Origin: Octopus bimaculoides
Taxonomy: Eukaryota
Direction: 5' to 3'
Length of the DNA stretch: 56,131 bases
NCBI RefSeq assembly: GCF_001194135.2
Contig: NC_068984.1
Span: 145,179,876-145,236,006, forward strand
A program made the position numbers and the translations under genes. The notes beneath the pieces were generated by a model. The model made no database searches. It worked only from the letters and a program-made list of their open reading frames with translations, and had not been told where the DNA came from. Shown one piece after another: positions 48,757-56,131 of this stretch. The stretch's first letter is position 1. Each line of letters begins with the position of its first letter.

Positions 48757-49788
48757 TATGTATGTATGTATGTATGTATGTATGTATGTATGTATGTATG
48801 TATGTATGTATGTATGTCATCGTTCAGTTTTATTTCAAGATTTCTTGCTACTAAAGGAAGATGCATGTATAACATGTATGCATATATGTATAATATAGTT
48901 TGATAAGTACCATGTACGACGCTTCTGTCCTTCGCGCTTTGTACTTTCTGCCGATTTAAAATCATAAAAAAATTCCTACATATATTCATATATGTATTGA
49001 AAAGTTACTTTTAAGAATGAAACACCGTCATAGTTAACCTTTCCTTACAACTCCATATTAAGAAGCCCTTATGTGTCCAACTTTCGGTCCTGTATAAAAC
49101 CTAGTCTGTTCACACATTTTCGTTGAATAGATTACAAAATGTATATCCAAGTTCAGAATAAAACTGGAGATCCAGTTATAAAATTTTATTTACTGCATCG
49201 TTATTTACATCATCTCAGCAGGTGTTTCACCAATGCATACTTGTATGATATGCGGTAATCAGCATAAACCTTTTGCATAATGATGCTAAATGCTAGATCA
49301 TCAGAAGAAAACCGTAATTTATTCCATAGTACTATTACTTGGTAGGCCTGGCGTAAAGAGTAATTATACAACCGTCTTTGTAACGATTAATGCTTTGCAT
49401 ACTAAGGTATGATAGGGAAACACATGTAAAGATTGTATAATTCATAATGTAATAATAAATATTTTTACAACCGAATCTCCAATTTAAATCTCACCTTACA
49501 TATATGGATATACAAACATATATATACATACGTACATACACATACATACATACACATATATATCTACACACATATGTATATACATACATATATATTTACA
49601 CACACATACATATATACACGCACGCACACACACACATAAATGCATACAATACCCTCCTGCACGCACTTATGCATATGCATAGCTATGGCCCCGGCCAATG
49701 TGGCCGAAACCTATCTAAGTATATACGTTTGTATATAAATGCACGCAATATACTATAAATATACACGCGCACACACACATAGACACAT

Positions 49789-49833
<45 letters not shown>

Positions 49834-50033
49834 CCGTATATATATAAGTATATAAATAATATATATATNNNNNNNNNNNNNNNNNNNNNNNNNNNNNNNN
49901 NNNNNNNNNNNNNNNNNNNNNNNNNNNNNNNNNNNNNNNNNNNNNNNNNNNNNNNNNNNNNNNNNNNNNNNNNNNNNNNNNNNNNNNNNNNNNNNNNNNN
50001 NNNNNNNNNNNNNNNNNNNNNNNNNNNNNNNNN

Positions 50034-50064
<31 letters not shown>

Positions 50065-50079
50065 TATATACATATACAC

Positions 50080-50099
<20 letters not shown>

Positions 50100-50110
<11 letters not shown>

Positions 50111-50283
50111 CGTATATATATTCTTTTATTCTTTTACTTGTTTCATTCATTTGACTGCGGCTATGCTGGAGCACTGCCTTTAGTTCTTTGTAAGTCAAGT
50201 ACTTATTCTATCGGTACCTTTTGCCGAACCGCTAAGTTACGGAGATGTATGTGGTGGGACAAACACATACACAAATACATAAA

Positions 50284-50342
<59 letters not shown>

Positions 50343-50500
50343 GACGAGATTCTTTCAGTTTCCATCTACCAAATCCACTCACAAGGCCTTGGTTGGCCTG
50401 AGGCTACAGTAGAATATACTTGCCCAAGGTGCCACGCAGTGGGACTGAACACGGAACCATGTTGTTGGGAAGCAAGCGTTTTACCACACAGCCATGCCTG
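50100..50500 (-). mobile_element. SINE family A head with B tail
   Basis: ttcttttacttgtttc...ccacacagccatgcc. Confidence 0.8.
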
Positions 50501-51223
50501 CACCCATGCACCCATATATATATATATATANNNNNNNNNNNNNNNNNNNNNNNNNNNNNNNNNNNNNNNNNNNNNNNNNNNNNNNNNNNNNNNNNNNNNN
50601 NNNNNNNNNNNNNNNNNNNNNNNNNNNNNNNNNNNNNNNNNNNNNNNNNNNNNNNNNNNNNNNNNNNNNNNNNNNNNNNNNNNNNNNNNNNNNNNNNNNN
50701 NNNNNNNNNNNNNNNNNNNNNNNNNNNNNNNNNNNNNNNNNNNNNNNNNNNNNNNNNNNNNNNNNNNNNNNNNNNNNNNNNNNNNNNNNNNNNNNNNNNN
50801 NNNNNNNNNNNNNNNNNNNNNNNNNNNNNNNNNNNNNNNNNNNNNNNNNNNNNNNNNNNNNNNNNNNNNNNNNNNNNNNNNNNNNNNNNNNNNNNNNNNN
50901 NNNNNNNNNNNNNNNNNNNNNNNNNNNNNNNNNNNNNNNNNNNNNNNNNNNNNNNNNNNNNNNNNNNNNNNNNNNNNNNNNNNNNNNNNNNNNNNNNNNN
51001 NNNNNNNNNNNNNNNNNNNNNNNNNNNNNNNNNNNNNNNNNNNNNNNNNNNNNNNNNNNNNNNNNNNNNNNNNNNNNNNNNNNNNNNNNNNNNNNNNNNN
51101 NNNNNNNNNNNNNNNNNNNNNNNNNNNNNNNNNNNNNNNNNNNNNNNNNNNNNNNNNNNNNNNNNNNNNNNNNNNNNNNNNNNNNNNNNNNNNNNNNNNN
51201 NNNNNNNNNNNNNNNNNNNNNNN

Positions 51224-51256
<33 letters not shown>

Positions 51257-51726
51257 CTCTGTGTGTTTGTGTGTATATATAAATGTATCAAGTGGTTCTG
51301 CCAAACGCTAAGTGTCCATTGTATTCCTTGACTTTATCATTTTCCATTCTCCAAAAATATCGTTCACAATAACTTGGTGGAAAGTTGAGCCAGCGAACGG
51401 CCATCAAATCACCATAACAGTACGACAATAAAGGTGAATGGCTCGCGAGGTTTAATCTTGAGACAGGCAGGAAACGTTTGCGGTAAGTGGTGACATCTTG
51501 GGAGGAGATGCTCTGGCACATACATAGTACACCCCTTCTCGAGTGAGCGTTGGGTTCCGGTTTGAGGGCGATTGAAGGCCGCTATGTGAGTTGGTGGAGT
51601 GCTGTTTGCTAAATCTATTGTTAATATTTGAGACAATGAAAGTACAATCTATTAAATATATACTTCATCTATTTATAAACTGAGATTTTATATTCACCCC
51701 GCACGTGCCTCTGTATGTGTTTGTTT

Positions 51727-51774
<48 letters not shown>

Positions 51775-51923
51775 GTGTATGTATGTGGGTGTATGTACAT
51801 ATACTCACACATATATATGTAACTATATATATTTATATTATATTATATTATATATATGTATATTTATGTATGTATATTTACATTCATACATGCGTATGTA
51901 TATATTATATATATGCATATATA

Positions 51924-51956
<33 letters not shown>

Positions 51957-52119
51957 ATGTGTATGTATGTACACACACACACACACACAAGTAAGAACAT
52001 AGGTGTAAAATATGGTGGAAAAATTAGTACTCGAATCCGTAAGGTAGAGTAAAACACTATTAAAGTTGACTTTAATGAAATAGTATATGTGTGTGTATGT
52101 ATGTGTGTATGTATAAACA

Positions 52120-52505
52120 GATACGCATCTTTGAGGCCTACAATCACTCTTGTTATCCAACAGAGTGCACACATTCCAACATGAAATGTTCAAGTTCCAT
52201 CCAGATTTTGTTAAAAAAAAAAAAGGTCTCTTTGTTTTAGAGCGCATAAACTGACCAGATATGGAAAGACAAGCAATTTTCGGTTCACCTTTTCTAGAAC
52301 CTCTCCGGCCTCCGGCTGAGCAGTTCCCTCTTCAAATGGAGCTGCTCAGAGACCCATGCAGCAACCGAATCCTACCGCTGTCTTGGGCGACAAGGAGACG
52401 AGTTTATATCTAGTATGGGCCGCCTATGTGCAGGTCGCTGGCTACATGTTTCCAACCCGTCAGGTCTGCATACTTCACCACCTTCCCATCGCCGCAGGAC
52501 TTCCA
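52120..52505 (-). mobile_element. 5' UTR and endonuclease start of an RTE-clade LINE
   Basis: MRSKTKRP...LNISCWNVCTLLDNKSDCRPQR matches the RTE/BovB 'W-N-V-R-T-L-L-D...R-P-E-R-R' APE start; GC-rich 5' leader. Confidence 0.75.
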
Positions 52506-53124
52506 AATAAAAATTTTAAAAATATATACTAAAAACAAAAAATATATATATAAATATATAGTAAAAATAAAGATACATATATACTGAAAATAAAATAAAT
52601 ATATATAGTGGGGGTGGGGAGGAGAAGCAGCACGTATCGAGCAGAGGTCAGCGATGCCTGCGCAGAGTTTTAGGTCCAAAAAGGCTTTGCACGACACCTC
52701 ACAGACCCTTTCCACTTTATTGACATTATCCAAAGACAAGCCAGAGCAAGATGTCTGGTGCCAATATGAGTCGCTGGCTCAGGGATGTGGGAGTGTGCCA
52801 TGATCTCTAGCACAAACCAAAAATCCCCAAAATCTCCAATTCCGGGATGATGTCCGGCATGCTGAAAGACCACCGGGAGTGAGGCACCCCCTCAGCTTCT
52901 GTTGAAGCATGTCTCTAGGAGAATGTCACTCTGATATAAAACCAGATATGCAGGAAAAGGCATTGGACACATACATACATACACTCATTTATATATTGAA
53001 ATATTTTAACTGAGTAAGGTCTTACGTAACGGATGCTTTTTCTACCATACATTATGCAAACCTGAAACGTACGTATTAAATGATGTCAAAATATCACTAT
53101 TTGATTTGGCTTCATTATTACAAC

Positions 53125-53187
<63 letters not shown>

Positions 53188-53739
53188 NNNNNNNNNNNNN
53201 NNNNNNNNNNNNNNNNNNNNNNNNNNNNNNNNNNNNNNNNNNNNNNNNNNNNNNNNNNNNNNNNNNNNNNNNNNNNNNNNNNNNNNNNNNNNNNNNNNNN
53301 NNNNNNNNNNNNNNNNNNNNNNNNNNNNNNNNNNNNNNNNNNNNNNNNNNNNNNNNNNNNNNNNNNNNNNNNNNNNNNNNNNNNNNNNNNNNNNNNNNNN
53401 NNNNNNNNNNNNNNNNNNNNNNNNNNNNNNNNNNNNNNNNNNNNNNNNNNNNNNNNNNNNNNNNNNNNNNNNNNNNNNNNNNNNNNNNNNNNNNNNNTTT
53501 GTTGATGAGCCATGACCCATTACATGACTGGTACTTTATTTTATGGATTCCCAAAAGAGCAAAAGCCAAAAATTGACCTCGAAATAATATAGATTCTTAA
53601 CGTTGACCTGGGCCTCAAGCCAGTCTATGATCAGGACTGATTTTATTATTAAATCAATATCCTACTCAGCAATCACTATTTTATTAATAATTCTCAAAAT
53701 TTATTTCAGTTCATTTTCTGAAAGCCACCATTTGTAATT

Positions 53740-53926
53740 TCCAGAAAAAATCTCTTTCTTTTTTTCTCTCTGTCTCTTCTCTTACTTTTTTCTTTCTCTT
53801 CATCTCTACTTTTCTCTCTTTCTCTGTTTTTCACTTTAATTTCTCACTCTCTCTTCTACTTTCATTTTCTCTCCCGCTTCATTTCTATTTCTCTTTCCCT
53901 TCCTCTTCCAGACTTGAATTTATCAT

Positions 53927-53982
<56 letters not shown>

Positions 53983-53986
53983 TATT

Positions 53987-54018
<32 letters not shown>

Positions 54019-54422
54019 TCACTTCTCTCTTTCTTCTTCTTCCTGTATCTCATCTTCTTCCACTCATTTCTCGCTCTCTAGTCTCTCTCTCTCTCGCTCT
54101 CTAGTCTCTCTGTGCCTCTCTCTCTGCCCCCTCTTCCTCTGCCCCTCTCTCTCTGTGCCTCTCTCTCTGCCCCCTCTTTCTCTGCCCCTCTCTCTCTGTG
54201 CCTCTCTCTCCCTCTGCCTCTCTCTCTGTGCCTCTCTCTCTGCCTCTCTCTCTGTACCTCTCTCTCTCTGTTCCCCTCTCTCTCTATTCTCTCTCTACCC
54301 CTCTCTCACTCTGTCTCTCTCTCTCTGCGTCTCTCTGTAGTCTCTCTCACCCTCTCTCTTCCAACCTTTAGTTTCTCACTCTCTCTCCCCTCTTTCTATA
54401 TTTCTTCCTCTTCCAACGTCTT

Positions 54423-54461
<39 letters not shown>

Positions 54462-54710
54462 TCCCATCTCTCTCATTCTCTCCCAAAATATCCATATTCC
54501 AGCATTCTCTCACCTTTCTCTCCAAATAAGCACAAATTCTTCACCAATATATATAACATTTTCCCACCTTCTTTTTCTCTGTTTTATTTTTCTCTCTTTC
54601 TCTCCAAAACTCACTCCCTCTCCTCTCTCTATCTATCGAATTCACTCTCATCTTTCCTCTCTTATAGTTTTACTATAACTTTTTTATCTCAATATGTGTC
54701 TTCAGTCGTT

Positions 54711-54746
<36 letters not shown>

Positions 54747-54760
54747 CCTTACTCCCTTCC
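53740..54760. repeat. polypyrimidine tract: (TTTC)n and degenerate (CT)n/(CTCTGC)n
   Basis: direct reading. Confidence 0.95.
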
Positions 54761-55370
54761 TTTACCTCACTTTATTTCCTTTCAAATTATCGCCCCCCCC
54801 CCACCACGTCCTTACCATTCAATACATCCACTGCCACTTTCACCAATATTCATTCTTCACTTGAATCTAAGAATCCAAAACCAGGTGGAGGAGGTCCTGC
54901 CTGGTACCATACAACACTTGGCACGGCTGGCTTTTAATTTCACCCAACCATCTGAAGCACATTCACTTTCATGAGTGCCTAACACTCGACTTCATTTTAA
55001 AGTCTCCATTTGTATTCCTTTCATTATTCAGAATTACAAACGCCTACCGACGCTACAAGAGCGGTTTTAGTTTGTCTTGCAATCAGTTGAGACACCTACC
55101 AAGTCAATTCCTTTTTTCTGCAAGCGGCATCTTCATCTGCAGAAGAAGTCATCGATAAACTTTCAGAAGATATCCCAGTCTTTATCAAGCAACAAAGAGA
55201 ATTATATATATTGATTTCTGAACAAAACAAATATTGATCATTTTGGAGGCGATAAGATATCGAATTCCTACATAGTCCAATCATTTTTATATTACCAACA
55301 AAAAGAGGATAAGCAAAACAAAGAAAATAAATTGCAGGAGGAGACCTCATCATTTATCCTTATCTGAAAG

Positions 55371-55473
55371 ATGTATCAGTTGCATCTGATATTGCTCTGT
55401 GTTAGTTTCTGCTCCCTCTTCAGACCAACGGCTAGCTTTTGTTATGAACAAAATGCCAACACGGAATTCACAA
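55371..55473 (+). CDS. probable first coding exon of a secreted or membrane protein (MYQLHLILLCVSFCSLFRPTAS/FCYEQNANTEFT)
   Basis: aaagATG context; hydrophobic h-region ending in T-A-S; consensus donor ACAA|gtaagt in phase 1. No downstream exon found in the window. Confidence 0.45.
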
Positions 55474-55489
55474 GTAAGTCTTCAATACT

Positions 55490-55850
55490 CTTACCCTTTA
55501 TTTTTTTTCAGTCATTGGACAACAGCCATGTTGTGATACCGCCTTCAAAAGTTTTAGTCGAAAGAAATTAGCGACGCCAGCGTTTATTTTTAAGTTTGGT
55601 ACTTACCTATGCTGAAACCACTAAGGCCACGTAAGGCGACGTAACTACAGTAACACCGGTTGACAAGCGTTGTCAGGTGACAAACAGAAACACAAGGACA
55701 CACACACACACACATACATTCATACACAGTTTTTGCCTACCAAATTCCCGGTCCTGTAGAAGAAGACATTCACCGAAGGTGTCACGCAGTGGGAATGAAC
55801 TCAAAGCTATGTGGCTTCAAAGCGCGCTTCCTAACCACACAACAATGTTT
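55490..55850 (-). mobile_element. decayed SINE family A head with B tail
   Basis: ttttttcagtcattggacaacagccatg...cagtgggaatgaactc...aaccacac. Confidence 0.65.
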
Positions 55851-56131
55851 GTTCCTGGCTGAGAATATCTATATTTGTTTTTATGTAACAAATACAAGAA
55901 ATTTAACTTTAAACTGCAGTTTTACTCAATACCTTATGTAGGATGCATATCTATTGTAGTTTTGAGAGAAGAAGAGTGACAGCGACTTCGAAGTTCTGGC
56001 CTGCTACTCTCCGTCGAACTGTGATACATCTGGGTTCTTCTTATACCATGGACCGATGATGTCATGAAGGCAGAAATTTCGAGGTCACTATCATTGCTGC
56101 TTCTTGTAAAAGTATATATATATATATATAT

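Noticed and set aside
49200-49480. GPCR TM3-like string SLSYLSMQSINRY on the minus strand
   Set aside because: The frame closes within about 12 codons and no other transmembrane segments are present.
55600-55680. Minus-strand donor TAG|gtaagt as part of another gene
   Set aside because: It lies inside a decayed SINE B tail whose consensus contains aataagtac.

Overview
AT-rich animal genomic DNA saturated with microsatellites and retroposons and broken by many N gaps. The repeat landscape looks like a coleoid cephalopod, probably Octopus (inference). One complete gene can be rebuilt by hand on the + strand: 12 coding exons from 10152 to 34444, all GT-AG introns with consistent phases, 1203 nt, 400 aa. 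It encodes a membrane-anchored alpha/beta-hydrolase-fold protein with Glu in the nucleophile slot (G-S-E-L-S), a cytosolic MRRR/His6 N-terminus and a retained Asp/His pair. A probable signal-peptide first exon of a second gene starts at 55371. The rest is transposon-derived: several modular tRNA-headed SINE families; CR1-like, RTE, R4/Dong-like, HERO/NeSL-like and L1/Tx1-like LINE fragments; Penelope-like remnants with minimal hammerhead ribozyme motifs; and mariner/Tc1 remnants. The most unusual observations are a Penelope-linked hammerhead whose two core changes form a compensatory A3-U8 pair, the Glu-elbow hydrolase, a 554-bp Tc1-like deletion derivative that keeps both TIRs and an intact DNA-binding ORF, SINE tails shared with local LINEs, and several near-perfect intronic hairpins. 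All calls come from manual reading; no database searches were run.
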